From Spirochaetales bacterium (GTDB taxonomy: Bacteria > Spirochaetota > Spirochaetia > Sphaerochaetales > Sphaerochaetaceae), in the NCBI GenBank assembly GCA_012514185.1, contig JAAZAT010000303.1:96-64095 (forward strand): a DNA stretch of 64,000 nt, read 5' to 3'. This document shows, in pieces, positions 39,728-49,898 of this stretch; within the stretch, counting starts at the first letter, position 1, and each line of letters begins with the position of its first letter. The position numbers and the translations under genes were made by a program. The notes beneath the pieces are model-generated. The model saw only the letters and a list, made by a program, of their open reading frames with translations, was not told the origin of the DNA and did no database searches.

Positions 39728-40904
39728 CTTCAAGATACTCTGAAAGCAGGGAGTAGCAGGAATTTTCCTCGGCCTTGAGAACACCCATCTCACGTTTCGC
39801 ATTCTCGGTTGAGTCGCTGGCGTGTGCTGCATTGACACGGATGTTGGAGCCGAACTCGCGTCTGATTGTGCCTGCGGCAGCCTTGTTCGGATCGGTTGCA
39901 CCCAAAATGGTGCGGATCTTCTGGACTGCATCCTTGCCTTCATAGATGAGAACCATGCACTTGACCAAACCGGGCTTGTCGTAGTCCTCGGGTTTGCAAT
40001 CGCTGGGCTTGATGCCTGCCATGAACTCGACAATGCGTTCAAACTGCTCTTCTGAATACTTGTCCCCGAAGCTCTTGGTCAATATGTCCTGCATCTGTAC
40101 ATCCAGATGCACATTGAACTCATGTTCGAGCAGTTCACGCGCCTGCATGCCGTAAATGGGGGCAAGCTTGGCTTTCAAGCCTTCTTTTGTCGGACCATAA
40201 AACTGAAGAGCCTGGTTGACGGACATTTTCAGCACCTTGATCCCAACGATGCGCAAGCCGCTGCGGCTGAACATGTCTATGATCATACCCGGTCTGCTGG
40301 ATGCATATTTCCAGTTGTCCGGTTTGATGATGACAAGCGTACGCTCGACATCGGCATAGTACTCGGCAGGCCTGTTGACAACGATGTTGCTCTCTTTCTC
40401 AAGCCAAGGTTTGAAGAGGGCGAGGGTGTCGTCGGCTTCACCCTGGGTTTGGGCGGTGATCACTGCAGGTTCGAAATACCGGATTTTTTCCTGGCTTTCG
40501 TCGGTGAAAATCAAGTCGGCATAGGTGTCGCGGATCGACTCGCCGATGACGGTCTCCACGCTTCCTGTCTCTTTCTGAAAAGATCCGACCACTGTCGAAA
40601 GTTGTTCACAGGGATTCTCCCCGCGCAGCAGCAAGAGCAGCGAGCGGTGTCTCACCCCTGATGAAGGACCCATGTTTTGTTCGATATAGTCAGAGAGTAA
40701 ATCGGATATCTTGAAACCTTCAACTTTCTTTCTATGCTTGATGATGGATGCAAATTCCTTGGCAATTTCTTGATCCATTGCGATCATCTGGGCTCCGACG
40801 AGTTCCAAGGAAATACGGGAGAGGAGTCTGGATAATACCCCGCCGGTTCTACTTTTCGCTACCGTGTAGGGTGTCACCAGAACATACGATAAGGACTGTT
40901 CCAT
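39702..40904 (-). CDS. ndk: Nucleoside diphosphate kinase, tandem-domain type
   Basis: ERTLVIIKPD, GATDP, GTIRREFG, NAAHASDS in the second domain; diverged N-terminal NDK-like domain. Confidence 0.88.
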   Translation of the reverse strand: MEQSLSYVLVTPYTVAKSRTGGVLSRLLSRISLELVGAQMIAMDQEIAKEFASIIKHRKKVEGFKISDLLSDYIEQNMGPSSGVRHRSLLLLLRGENPCEQLSTVVGSFQKETGSVETVIGESIRDTYADLIFTDESQEKIRYFEPAVITAQTQGEADDTLALFKPWLEKESNIVVNRPAEYYADVERTLVIIKPDNWKYASSRPGMIIDMFSRSGLRIVGIKVLKMSVNQALQFYGPTKEGLKAKLAPIYGMQARELLEHEFNVHLDVQMQDILTKSFGDKYSEEQFERIVEFMAGIKPSDCKPEDYDKPGLVKCMVLIYEGKDAVQKIRTILGATDPNKAAAGTIRREFGSNIRVNAAHASDSTENAKREMGVLKAEENSCYSLLSEYLEAKATVSRP

Positions 40905-40988
40905 GAGCAGCCTCCTTCTATGGATGTCTGTACGACGTATCCTACAAGGCCTCTGGTGGTTTTGTCCATCGGGTTATAGGCAAAGCAC

Positions 40989-41528
40989 CTAAAATACTTC
41001 GATTTGGCAGGACATCATCGTCTGAAGTGCGGCTTGATGTGCCTGGCGGCTGGTACCTGCACAGCAGGACCCATCCACCAGTACCTGAAGCTCGGGACGG
41101 AAAGCCTTGATGAGCAAGGCGTTGGAGACAACGCAGATGTCGGTGCAGACACCGACCAATTCAACCCGGTCAAGGTTCGGTTGCGAGGCAATCCAGGTTG
41201 CGAGTTCAACTGATCCAAAGGTTGGTTTCTCAAAACAACGGGCATGTTCCAGCAACGGCTTGAGTGCGGGCACCAATTGGTGTCCCTCTTCTCCCTTGAT
41301 GCAATGCTCAATCGGCAGGTGTCTGCCTTCACTGGTTTGCAGATAGTCGCTGTGATGGGTATCGAGGGTGTAGGCGAGCGGGCCTTGATGGTTCTGGATC
41401 TTGGCCGCGATCCTGTCGACAACCAGCTGCGCTTCCTTGTTGCCCAAGCTGCCGGTTACGAAATCCTGCTGCATGTCGATGACGACAAGCAGGGGTTTAG
41501 AATGAGACTTTGTAGAGTCCGTGGACAT
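40989..41528 (-). CDS. Cysteine hydrolase (isochorismatase/nicotinamidase family)
   Basis: IDMQQDF, DTH, HCI, KPTFGS, GVCTDICV; start uncertain (41528, 41540 or 41552). Confidence 0.88.
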   Translation of the reverse strand: MSTDSTKSHSKPLLVVIDMQQDFVTGSLGNKEAQLVVDRIAAKIQNHQGPLAYTLDTHHSDYLQTSEGRHLPIEHCIKGEEGHQLVPALKPLLEHARCFEKPTFGSVELATWIASQPNLDRVELVGVCTDICVVSNALLIKAFRPELQVLVDGSCCAGTSRQAHQAALQTMMSCQIEVF

Positions 41529-41874
41529 TGCAGTAGGCATATACATCTCCATGATCCTTATCAGTGAATACTGTTGCAGCAGATCGGTTGCTCTTGATGT
41601 CGCTTCTCCTGACAGTCTGCTTGGTCACCAGGACAATGCAGGTGATTTGATGGTCTTCGCTCTGCGGGTGGGGCTTTTTGCCTACCTCGACATACAAGAG
41701 ACCCGATCGACGCGTAATGACAGGCAGGTGGTATTCATCCGCTTGGTCTTCAGTCTTTGCCGTCACCGGTTGCATGCTCTGGCCGCAACAGGTCAAGGAG
41801 TGCCCGCCGTTATCGATGAGCTCCACCAGGGTGTGACAAACTGGACAACGATAAAAAAGAAGTTTCTTTGCCAT
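41497..41874 (-). CDS. Desulfoferrodoxin / superoxide reductase
   Basis: CPVC...CCG centre I; EYHLP, HP, H, CNVHG centre II ligands. Confidence 0.88.
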   Translation of the reverse strand: MAKKLLFYRCPVCHTLVELIDNGGHSLTCCGQSMQPVTAKTEDQADEYHLPVITRRSGLLYVEVGKKPHPQSEDHQITCIVLVTKQTVRRSDIKSNRSAATVFTDKDHGDVYAYCNVHGLYKVSF

Positions 41875-41940
41875 ATCTATAAGGTACTGTGATTGGACGA
41901 AAGAGGAAAGAGGGCTGTGGTGTTTTGTCAATCAATGATT

Positions 41941-41969
41941 TATTCATGGTCTTTGCATACTTTTCTCAC
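41941..41969 (+). promoter_or_regulatory. Pho-box-like direct repeats upstream of pstS
   Basis: TATTCAT, TTTGCAT, TTCTCAC at 11-bp spacing. Confidence 0.55.
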
Positions 41970-42018
41970 ATTTGGCACGTAGGCTCTGATTATCACAGTT
42001 CCCATTATGGAGGAAACC

Positions 42019-43020
42019 ATGAAGAAAGTAATTGTAGCGATACTCGTATCCGTTGTTCTTATGTCGCTCCCGGTTTTTGCTGCTGGATCAAAGGAAAGCG
42101 CTGCTCAGAAGAGCGGCCCAATGGCCTGGATTGAAGACGGCGGCGTAGCAGGCCTGCCGGGAGTCAACCCGCTGAAGGCCAGCGGCAATATCATCACTGC
42201 CGGCAGCTCCACCGTGTATCCCTTGTCGGAGCGCATGGCTGAGCGCTTCAAGCAGGAAGGGTACAGCGGAGTCATCACCATCGACTCCATCGGAAGCGGT
42301 GCAGGATTCGAACGTTTTACCGTAGCCGGTGAGACTGACATTGCAAACGCCAGCCGCGCCATCAAGGCGAAAGAAGTTGAGGCTGCCAAGCAGATTGGTC
42401 GCAATCCGATTGAATTCCGTGTAGGCACCGACGCCCTTGCCGTAGTGGTAAGCAAGGAGAACACCTTTGCCAAGAACATGACCAAGAGTGAGCTTGCCAA
42501 GTTGTTCAGTACAGCTTCGACCTGGTCCGAAATCAATCCCGCTTGGCCGAACCAGCCGATTCAGCGCTTCATTCCAGGAACCGACAGTGGTACGTTCGAC
42601 TACTTCAGCGAAGAAGTTTTCAAGAACAATCCCGAGCCGATGCTTTCTGCAAAGAATCTGCAGCTCAGCGAGGATGACAACATCCTGGTCCAGGGAATCA
42701 AGGGATCTCCGTATGCAGTCGGATTCTTCGGATATGCCTACTATGCAGAGAATAAGGACAGCCTTTCCATCCTGTCAATCGATGGTGTGGAAGCTACCAA
42801 TGCCAACGTGGACAACGGGACCTACCCCTTGGCAAGACCGCTTTTCATCTACAGTGATGAGCAGATCATGCGAACCAAACCTCAGGTTGCGGCATTCATC
42901 AACTTCTACCTCAGCTATGTGAATGAAGAGATTGTAAAGGTGGGATACTTCCCGGCCAACGATGAAGAACTTGTAAAAGGCAGGCAGGCTTGGCTCAAGG
43001 CCATGAACGGTACCTACTAA
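42019..43020 (+). CDS. pstS: Phosphate ABC transporter substrate-binding protein
   Basis: AGSSTVYP, GSGAG, ASR, SGTFDYF, YPLARPLFIY; first gene of the pst operon. Confidence 0.95.
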   Translation: MKKVIVAILVSVVLMSLPVFAAGSKESAAQKSGPMAWIEDGGVAGLPGVNPLKASGNIITAGSSTVYPLSERMAERFKQEGYSGVITIDSIGSGAGFERFTVAGETDIANASRAIKAKEVEAAKQIGRNPIEFRVGTDALAVVVSKENTFAKNMTKSELAKLFSTASTWSEINPAWPNQPIQRFIPGTDSGTFDYFSEEVFKNNPEPMLSAKNLQLSEDDNILVQGIKGSPYAVGFFGYAYYAENKDSLSILSIDGVEATNANVDNGTYPLARPLFIYSDEQIMRTKPQVAAFINFYLSYVNEEIVKVGYFPANDEELVKGRQAWLKAMNGTY

Positions 43021-43041
43021 GAGTTTTAGGTGATTCTGGTT

Positions 43042-43065
43042 ATAGGCCGCGTCCATGCGGCCTAT
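43042..43065 (+). promoter_or_regulatory. Intercistronic hairpin after pstS (likely mRNA stabiliser or partial terminator)
   Basis: ATAGGCCGC-GTCCAT-GCGGCCTAT. Confidence 0.6.
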
Positions 43066-43092
43066 GGCCTTCTTTGAAAGGATGTTCCATCT

Positions 43093-44007
43093 ATGGCAAT
43101 TGACAACCCTCACTTTAGAAAGAAAAGCCGTTTTCATGAGCACATCATCGAAACCGTCATGTTTCTTTTCGCCCTGTTCTCCATGTTGATCACCGTCGGA
43201 ATCGTCGTGATTCTGGTCAGGGAGTCCTATTTGTTTTTTTCTGATCCCCAGGTTGATCTCATAGGATTTTTAACAGGGAAGAATTGGCAGCCGATGATTC
43301 ATCAGTTCGGCTTCCTTCCCTTGCTCAACGCTACCTTCACCACCAGCATCATTGCGATGCTGCTTGGAATTCCCATAGGTCTCTTTGTAGCCATCTACCT
43401 GGCCGAATATGCCAGTGACAGGATGCGGGGCATCCTCAAGCCGGTTCTTGAGGTCCTTGCCGGCATCCCCACCATCGTCTACGGATACTTCGCCCTGACA
43501 TTCATGACCCCGCTTCTCAGGTCGTTGTTCGGCCAGGATGTGGTGGAAATCTACAATACAGCTTCGGCAGGATTGGTCATCGGCATCTTGGTCCTTCCTA
43601 TGATAGCCACCATGGCCGAGGATGCGATCAGCTCGGTACCGAAGGAACTGCGTCTTGCAGCATATGCCCTTGGTGGTACGAAAATCGAAACCACGTTCAA
43701 GGTCGTCATCCCGGCCGCTCTGAGCGGATTGTCGGCCACCTTCCTGTTGGCTCTCTCACGGGCCATTGGAGAGACGATGGTGGTAGCACTCGCTGCAGGA
43801 GCAGGACCAAAACTGACCGCCAACCCGTTCAAGGCTGCTGAAACAATCACCGGCTACATCGTTCGCATCAGCGGAGGGGACGTCAGTTACAACTCTGTTG
43901 ATTACAACAGCATTTTCGCACTCGGTTTGGTGCTCTCCATCATCACCTTCACCTTGAATCTGGTGTCCAGGAAGATATCCACCATCTTCCATCAGGAGTA
44001 TGAATAA
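43093..44007 (+). CDS. pstC: Phosphate ABC transporter permease
   Basis: LAGIPTIVYG, SRAIGETM. Confidence 0.95.
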   Translation: MAIDNPHFRKKSRFHEHIIETVMFLFALFSMLITVGIVVILVRESYLFFSDPQVDLIGFLTGKNWQPMIHQFGFLPLLNATFTTSIIAMLLGIPIGLFVAIYLAEYASDRMRGILKPVLEVLAGIPTIVYGYFALTFMTPLLRSLFGQDVVEIYNTASAGLVIGILVLPMIATMAEDAISSVPKELRLAAYALGGTKIETTFKVVIPAALSGLSATFLLALSRAIGETMVVALAAGAGPKLTANPFKAAETITGYIVRISGGDVSYNSVDYNSIFALGLVLSIITFTLNLVSRKISTIFHQEYE

Positions 44008-45268
44008 TATGCAAAATTCCGTATCTTTTGGGAGTGAAGAGAATCTTCTTTCCATGATGGAGAGGCGAAGAAAAGCCGGGGTGGTGTGGCAGGCGGTTTT
44101 CCTGTTCTCCACCTCCTTGGCGATTCTCTTTCTCATTCTCTTATTGTTCTCGGTCATCGACTCGACTTTCGGATTTGCAGCCATACGCTATGAAAAGAAA
44201 CCCTCGGAACTGATGGTCGGGAAATCACAGCTTTCAGATTTCTCCCGCCAAGAACTGGAGGAGACTGCAAAAACCCATCTTTCGAGCGGCATCCTCAGAA
44301 GGGTGGAATATGAAAAGCCGATCGCCGACCGTACGGACAAGGATTTGATAGGCATCCTGGAGCAGTATGTGTTGCAACCCAGCGTACTGAGGACATGGGG
44401 GCTGTGGGCTTCCTTGACGAAGCAGGGTGAAATCAACGAATACCTGTTCGATCAAGGAGATGCGGTTCTGACCTTCAAGAGCTGGCTGACCATCGACTTC
44501 TTGTTCGCCGACCAGAGTGCCAACCCCCTCTATGCCGGTATCCGCACAGCTATGCTCGGATCGCTGTGGATCATTCTGATTACCTTCCTGTTTGCGTTTC
44601 CCATCGGAGTGGGTTCAGCCATCTACCTCGAGGAGTATGCAAAGCCGACCAGGCTGACCAGACTCCTTCAGCTCAATATCTTCAACCTCAGCGCAGTCCC
44701 CTCGATCATTTACGGACTTTTGGGCTTGGCTGTCTTTGTTCGGGCGATGGAAACATTCACCAGTGGTTCCCTGTTTTCCGGGGTTGCCGATACAACCGCC
44801 AACGGACGAACCATCCTCAGCGGAGGATTGACGTTGGGTTTGTTGGTGCTGCCGATCATCATCATCAACACCCAGGAGGCGCTGAAGGCGGTTCCGGATT
44901 CGCTGCGCATGTCCAGCTACGGCATTGGTGCAACCAAGTGGCAGACCATTTGGGGCCAGGTGTTGCCGGTATCCATCGACAGGATTCTTACCGGGACCAT
45001 CCTTGCGCTGTCCAGGGCATTGGGAGAGACCGCACCCTTGGTCGTCATCGGTGCTTCGACCTTCATCAGCGTCGATCCCTCGGGAATTTTCTCCAAGTTC
45101 ACAACCTTGCCAATCCAGATTTATCAGTGGTCGGCCAGACCCCAGGGAGCGTATCGCAACGTGGCAGGTGCTGCGATCATAGCCCTTTTGATCCTGCTGA
45201 TGGCCCTCAACAGCAGCGCCATCATCCTACGAGACAAACTATCCAAAAAGAAGAGGATGGAAGCATGA
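44000..45268 (+). CDS. pstA: Phosphate ABC transporter permease
   Basis: [23 protein letters not shown]. Confidence 0.95.
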   Translation: MNNMQNSVSFGSEENLLSMMERRRKAGVVWQAVFLFSTSLAILFLILLLFSVIDSTFGFAAIRYEKKPSELMVGKSQLSDFSRQELEETAKTHLSSGILRRVEYEKPIADRTDKDLIGILEQYVLQPSVLRTWGLWASLTKQGEINEYLFDQGDAVLTFKSWLTIDFLFADQSANPLYAGIRTAMLGSLWIILITFLFAFPIGVGSAIYLEEYAKPTRLTRLLQLNIFNLSAVPSIIYGLLGLAVFVRAMETFTSGSLFSGVADTTANGRTILSGGLTLGLLVLPIIIINTQEALKAVPDSLRMSSYGIGATKWQTIWGQVLPVSIDRILTGTILALSRALGETAPLVVIGASTFISVDPSGIFSKFTTLPIQIYQWSARPQGAYRNVAGAAIIALLILLMALNSSAIILRDKLSKKKRMEA

Positions 45269-46095
45269 ATAAAACCAGTTTGGCTGAAAGCCTGCCACCG
45301 GTATTCCAAGAGAAGAGCAAGGTGGAACCAACAAAAACAATTATCCAGTTGGATGATGTCAATATCAATTACGGATCCTTTACTGCAGTCAAGCATGCGA
45401 GCATGGAAATTTATGAGCACAAGGTGACAGCCTTCATCGGGCCTTCGGGATGCGGCAAAAGTACGGTGCTTCGAAGCATCAACCGCATGAACGACCTGAT
45501 TCGGGGGGCGACCCTCGATGGCCGGGTTCTGTTCAATGGGGAGGATCTGTATGCCAAGGATGTCGATCCGGTTTTGATCCGCAGGCGCATCGGCATGGTG
45601 TTCCAGAAACCCAATCCCTTTCCCAAGTCCATTTATGAGAATATTGCCTGGGGGGCGAGGGTGAATGGCTACCGAGGGGATTATGATGAGTTGGTGGAGA
45701 CAAGTCTTCGTTCAGCGGCCTTGTGGGACGAGGTAAAGGACAAGCTCAAGCAGAACGCCCTGCGTCTCAGTGGAGGTCAGCAGCAGCGTCTCTGCATTGC
45801 GAGGACCATTGCAGTGCAACCGGAAGTAATCCTGATGGATGAACCTGCTTCAGCGCTCGATCCGATAGCAACTTCTAGGATTGAGGAGTTGATTCTTGAG
45901 CTGAAAAAGGACTATACCATAGTCATCGTCACCCACAATATGGGACAGGCGAGCAGGGTGTCGGACTATACCGCCTTCTTCATGGTGGACCAGAACAGGA
46001 CCGGGTATCTGCAGGAGTATGAGGAGACGGAGCAGCTGTTCCTCAATCCAATACATAAGAAAACAGAAGAGTATATATCGGGTAAATTCGGTTGA
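45265..46095 (+). CDS. pstB: Phosphate ABC transporter ATP-binding protein
   Basis: [34 protein letters not shown]; ATGA overlap with pstA places the start at 45265. Confidence 0.96.
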   Translation: MNKTSLAESLPPVFQEKSKVEPTKTIIQLDDVNINYGSFTAVKHASMEIYEHKVTAFIGPSGCGKSTVLRSINRMNDLIRGATLDGRVLFNGEDLYAKDVDPVLIRRRIGMVFQKPNPFPKSIYENIAWGARVNGYRGDYDELVETSLRSAALWDEVKDKLKQNALRLSGGQQQRLCIARTIAVQPEVILMDEPASALDPIATSRIEELILELKKDYTIVIVTHNMGQASRVSDYTAFFMVDQNRTGYLQEYEETEQLFLNPIHKKTEEYISGKFG

Positions 46096-46110
46096 TCCAG
46101 GAGGTTTGAA

Positions 46111-46809
46111 ATGGATGAAAAACATACCATTACGCTGGATGAGAAAATGCGGTTTTTTCAAGAACTGCTGATCCAGATGGTTAATAGGGTTGAGGAGTCG
46201 ATTCTTCTTGCCCATGCGGCTTTCAGCAATCATGACGAGGAACTGGCCAAGAAGGTTGTCGCAAACGATTGGTTCATCGACCAGCTTCAGGAAATGGTGG
46301 AGAATGACGGGGTGCGCCTGCTTATCAGTGAAGCTCCCTACGGACACTACATGCGGCACATCATCGCCGGCATGAAAATCGTTTCCAGTTTGGAGCGGAT
46401 GGGAGACCATGCAGCCCATATGGCGAAAATGACCAGATGGGAGGAGAATCCCCAGTTCACCCCGTTTGTTGAACGCATCAGCGAAATGGCCTTGCTTGGA
46501 GCAACCATGACCCGTCGGGCTGTGGAAGCCTTCATCGATGTAAAAGCTGAAAAAGCCATTGAGGTGGCCGCCATGGATGATCAAATGGATCATTTGCGCG
46601 ATGAGTTGAATAAGGATCTCTACGTATTGAAACCGGAAAACGAGAAGGAGATGGAACGCATACTCAGCCTCCATTACCTGACCAAGGAGATGGAGCGCCT
46701 CGGTGATCACGTGACGACCATCTGCCGCTGGATTGTGTACATGGAAAAGGGGCAGAGGCCGAAACTCAACGGGCCGAAGTTGCAGAATCCAGCCATCCCC
46801 CGCGTCTGA
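46111..46809 (+). CDS. phoU: Phosphate signalling protein PhoU
   Basis: Two ERMGDH/ERLGDH repeats; follows pstB. Confidence 0.93.
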   Translation: MDEKHTITLDEKMRFFQELLIQMVNRVEESILLAHAAFSNHDEELAKKVVANDWFIDQLQEMVENDGVRLLISEAPYGHYMRHIIAGMKIVSSLERMGDHAAHMAKMTRWEENPQFTPFVERISEMALLGATMTRRAVEAFIDVKAEKAIEVAAMDDQMDHLRDELNKDLYVLKPENEKEMERILSLHYLTKEMERLGDHVTTICRWIVYMEKGQRPKLNGPKLQNPAIPRV

Positions 46810-46812
46810 TTC

Positions 46813-48651
46813 TTATTGTGAGTTCTTTCGATACAATGAATTGCTTCGTTCTTCCAGATTGGGAAGCTCAAAGCCGCTTCGAGGCAGTCTCATGATAAAG
46901 AGACTGCCTTTTCCTACTTTGCTCTTCACTTCTATGCTCCCATGATGCACACCGGTGATGTGCTTGACGATGGAAAGACCGAGTCCGGTACCTCCCTGGC
47001 TGCGGCTTCGGGCGGTATCGACACGGTAAAAACGCTCAAAAATCCGCTCTTGGTCCTCAGCCGGTATCCCGATGCCTTCATCCTTAACCGAGAAGGTGAC
47101 AGTTGCATCATCCACATGGCAGGCAAGGGTGACAGGTGAGCCTTCACCGGAGTAGGTCAATGCATTGATCACGAGGTTTGTCAGTGCCTGGGTGATCAGC
47201 ATGCCGCTGCACAAGACTTCATACCCCAGAGGATTGTCGATCTTCGTTGTCAGGGTGCTCTGTTTTTCTTCGAACCGGTACTTGCAGTTCTGTACGGTTT
47301 CCTCAATGATTTGTTCAACTTGTGTCCAGGTCATGGTGGGATGAGTATTTGACTGTTCGAGGCTGGAGAGCAGCAACAAGTCATCGACAATACGTTTCAT
47401 ATTGCTCGCCTGACGATGGATGACTTGGCCGAACTGCCGGAATTGCTGTTCGGTCTGTGCCTCAAGCAAAGCCTCCGAAAACCCGGTAATCGAAGTAATC
47501 GGAGTTTTCAATTCATGGCTGACATTGGCTACAAAATCCTTGCGGATCTGTTCCAACCTCGTCAGTTCCGTCATATCCTGGATCGACACCACCAACGATT
47601 TATTCAAATCCTGGGACTCCGCCAGCGGGGAACAGAGAAAGCGAAGCGTCCTTGCTTTACGCTTTCCTACCAAAATGGCGCTCTCCCCATAGAGATGATT
47701 GTACTTGGCAACGGTGAGGGACGTCGCTGTACCTTCCTTCGAGCATGTGTTGCAGGCTAAAAGCACCTCAGTCGAAGCGATCACCTCGCCCAACCTGCGT
47801 CCGGTGGGATCTCCCCCAAGCAGTTTAACCGCCTCAAGATTGGCCACCTCTACAGTGAGATTGGCATCCAGCAGCAGGATTCCCTCGTGCAGGTTGTCCA
47901 TGATGGTCTGCAAACGGTTGTGCGAGGTTTCCAAACGGTCTTGGTTTGTTTTCAGCAAGGAGGCCATATGCTGCATCGAAGCGGCTAGGTCGGCCATCTC
48001 CTTGGGGCTCTGGATCAGAAGTCGTTCATCCAAGTTCCCTTGGGCATAGTGTTTGGCCAAGGTCTGGATTTTCTTCAAGGGTTTTGTGAGCAGCATGATC
48101 GACACGGTAGTGATGAGCAGAAGAAGCAGTACTAGAATGGCAAGGTTGCCTAAAAACATCCGCTGATACGTTTCTTTGTAGCCGCTGAGCTGACTCAATT
48201 TTTTGGAGACGCGAAGGACTGCAATGGTTGGGTGGTTTTCCACCGAGCGTGCAAAGTAGAGCACAGGAAGATTCTCGGTTGCACTTGAACGCTCACTGGA
48301 TGCACTTCCCTTCGCAAGGGCCTCCTGCACTTCCTGCCTCCACAGGTGATTGGTCAACTCTGCAATGTTGTATTCCGAATCGAAGAGCACTTGACCGTCG
48401 TGGGCGATCAGGGTGATCCTGGTTGATGTTGACTCTGCATATGCGTCAAACTGCCCTTGCTCCCAAGGTTGTGTGTGTCGGGTGACAATATCGTACAGGT
48501 ATTCGGCATTCTCTTCCAGCTCGGCATAGGTTGACTGCCGAAGGGCTGCACTGAAAGCCCTGTTGGAAAGACTGTAGCTGAGTGTAAGGCTCAACATGAG
48601 AAGAATGAGGGAGGAAACGAGTAGATTGGAACGGATGCTTGAGAATTTCAT
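46813..48651 (-). CDS. phoR: PhoR-like sensor histidine kinase
   Basis: TM-HAMP-PAS-like; FVANVSHELKTP, NLVINA, DEGIG, RSRSQGGTGLGL. Confidence 0.88.
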   Translation of the reverse strand: MKFSSIRSNLLVSSLILLMLSLTLSYSLSNRAFSAALRQSTYAELEENAEYLYDIVTRHTQPWEQGQFDAYAESTSTRITLIAHDGQVLFDSEYNIAELTNHLWRQEVQEALAKGSASSERSSATENLPVLYFARSVENHPTIAVLRVSKKLSQLSGYKETYQRMFLGNLAILVLLLLLITTVSIMLLTKPLKKIQTLAKHYAQGNLDERLLIQSPKEMADLAASMQHMASLLKTNQDRLETSHNRLQTIMDNLHEGILLLDANLTVEVANLEAVKLLGGDPTGRRLGEVIASTEVLLACNTCSKEGTATSLTVAKYNHLYGESAILVGKRKARTLRFLCSPLAESQDLNKSLVVSIQDMTELTRLEQIRKDFVANVSHELKTPITSITGFSEALLEAQTEQQFRQFGQVIHRQASNMKRIVDDLLLLSSLEQSNTHPTMTWTQVEQIIEETVQNCKYRFEEKQSTLTTKIDNPLGYEVLCSGMLITQALTNLVINALTYSGEGSPVTLACHVDDATVTFSVKDEGIGIPAEDQERIFERFYRVDTARSRSQGGTGLGLSIVKHITGVHHGSIEVKSKVGKGSLFIMRLPRSGFELPNLEERSNSLYRKNSQ

Positions 48652-48735
48652 GGTACCAACTCCCTGGCGAGGTAAGAATCATTCATGAAAATACTGTAGC
48701 AAGGAAGGATGGGAGGAAACAAGGACACGGCTTGA

Positions 48736-48764
48736 ATTTCACAATTTTCTCATATCTTCCGCAT
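48736..48764 (+). promoter_or_regulatory. Pho-box-like direct repeats between phoR and the FemAB gene
   Basis: ATTTCAC, TTCTCAT, TCCGCAT at 11-bp spacing. Confidence 0.5.
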
Positions 48765-48824
48765 ACCTTTCTTCTTTTTATGTTTCATGATAAAATTTTT
48801 CACCATCATTCTAGGGAGCATGCG

Positions 48825-49898
48825 ATGAACGTCTGTGTGCAGGAAAAAGAACCTGCGTACCTCTATGATACTCCGCTGTTGCATCAATCGTCCTTTTGGT
48901 CACAAGTAAAGCAGAAACAGGGTTACGAAACAAAAGCCTTTGACATCAAGGTCCGTTCGGAAGACTTGCAAGGGTCTCCGTCTTCATCCTATGTGCTGGA
49001 CGACGTGCTTGTCCAGCTGGTTCCCGTCAATCGGGAGCAGACCATCGGCTATGTCCCGTATGGTCCGGTTCTCAGTCCCCAGGAGGACCGAATGGGACTC
49101 TTTTTGGAAGAGCTGTCCATGAATCTGCAGGAAAAACTTCCCCGTCACTGCATCCTGCTGCGCTATGATCTTCCTTGGAAAACCATCTGGGAGGATGAGG
49201 ATCTTCCTCTCACCCTGCAAAATCTCAGGTTGAACTGGGGAACGAGCATGCGAAGCCTGCACAAGTCGGTTTCCAACCAACTGCCCAGTGACACCATGCT
49301 TATCGACCTCAGGCCCGAACAAGAGGAAATTCTTTCAAGGATGCATCATAAAACCAGATACAACATCAATTTAGCCTTACGTAAGGGTGTTGAGGTGCGT
49401 CAAGTCGGACACGACCATCTCGATACCTTCTACGACCTGTACCGACAGACCTGTGTACGCAACCGCATCAATTTGCATGACCGCTCCTTCTTTGATTCGC
49501 TGTATGGACCTGCCGATGAGAGCGCCGGAGTTGTCCTGCTGATGGCTTTCTATGAGGGAAAGCCCCTCAGTGCAATGTTTCTCAGCCGTTCGAAGAACCG
49601 GGCGACCTACCTCTATGGCGCCTCTTCCTCGCAAATGCGAAACACCATGAGCACCTATGCACTGCAATGGGGTGCCATCAAGCTGGCAAAAAGCTGGAAC
49701 TGCAGCGAATACGATCTGTTCGGCGTTTCGCCATCGAAGGAGAGGGACCATCCGATGAGCGGTCTCTACTCCTTCAAGAAAGGGTTCGGGGGGAGCATGC
49801 TGCATCGCATGGGGTGTTGGGATTTCGCCTACGACATTGAGGACGCCCAAGCGCTCTTTGCGTATGAGATGGTCGGTGAAGGCTATCACCAAAGCTGA
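48825..49898 (+). CDS. FemAB/FemX-family aminoacyl-tRNA-dependent transferase
   Basis: QSxxWxxVK, YVPYGP, KTRYNI, YLYGAS, YDLFG, GLYSFKKGFGG. Confidence 0.9.
   Translation: MNVCVQEKEPAYLYDTPLLHQSSFWSQVKQKQGYETKAFDIKVRSEDLQGSPSSSYVLDDVLVQLVPVNREQTIGYVPYGPVLSPQEDRMGLFLEELSMNLQEKLPRHCILLRYDLPWKTIWEDEDLPLTLQNLRLNWGTSMRSLHKSVSNQLPSDTMLIDLRPEQEEILSRMHHKTRYNINLALRKGVEVRQVGHDHLDTFYDLYRQTCVRNRINLHDRSFFDSLYGPADESAGVVLLMAFYEGKPLSAMFLSRSKNRATYLYGASSSQMRNTMSTYALQWGAIKLAKSWNCSEYDLFGVSPSKERDHPMSGLYSFKKGFGGSMLHRMGCWDFAYDIEDAQALFAYEMVGEGYHQS

Noticed and set aside
44566-45264. N-terminal extension of PstB in the ORF track (509 aa)
   Set aside because: Out-of-frame overlap with pstA; the true start is 45265.
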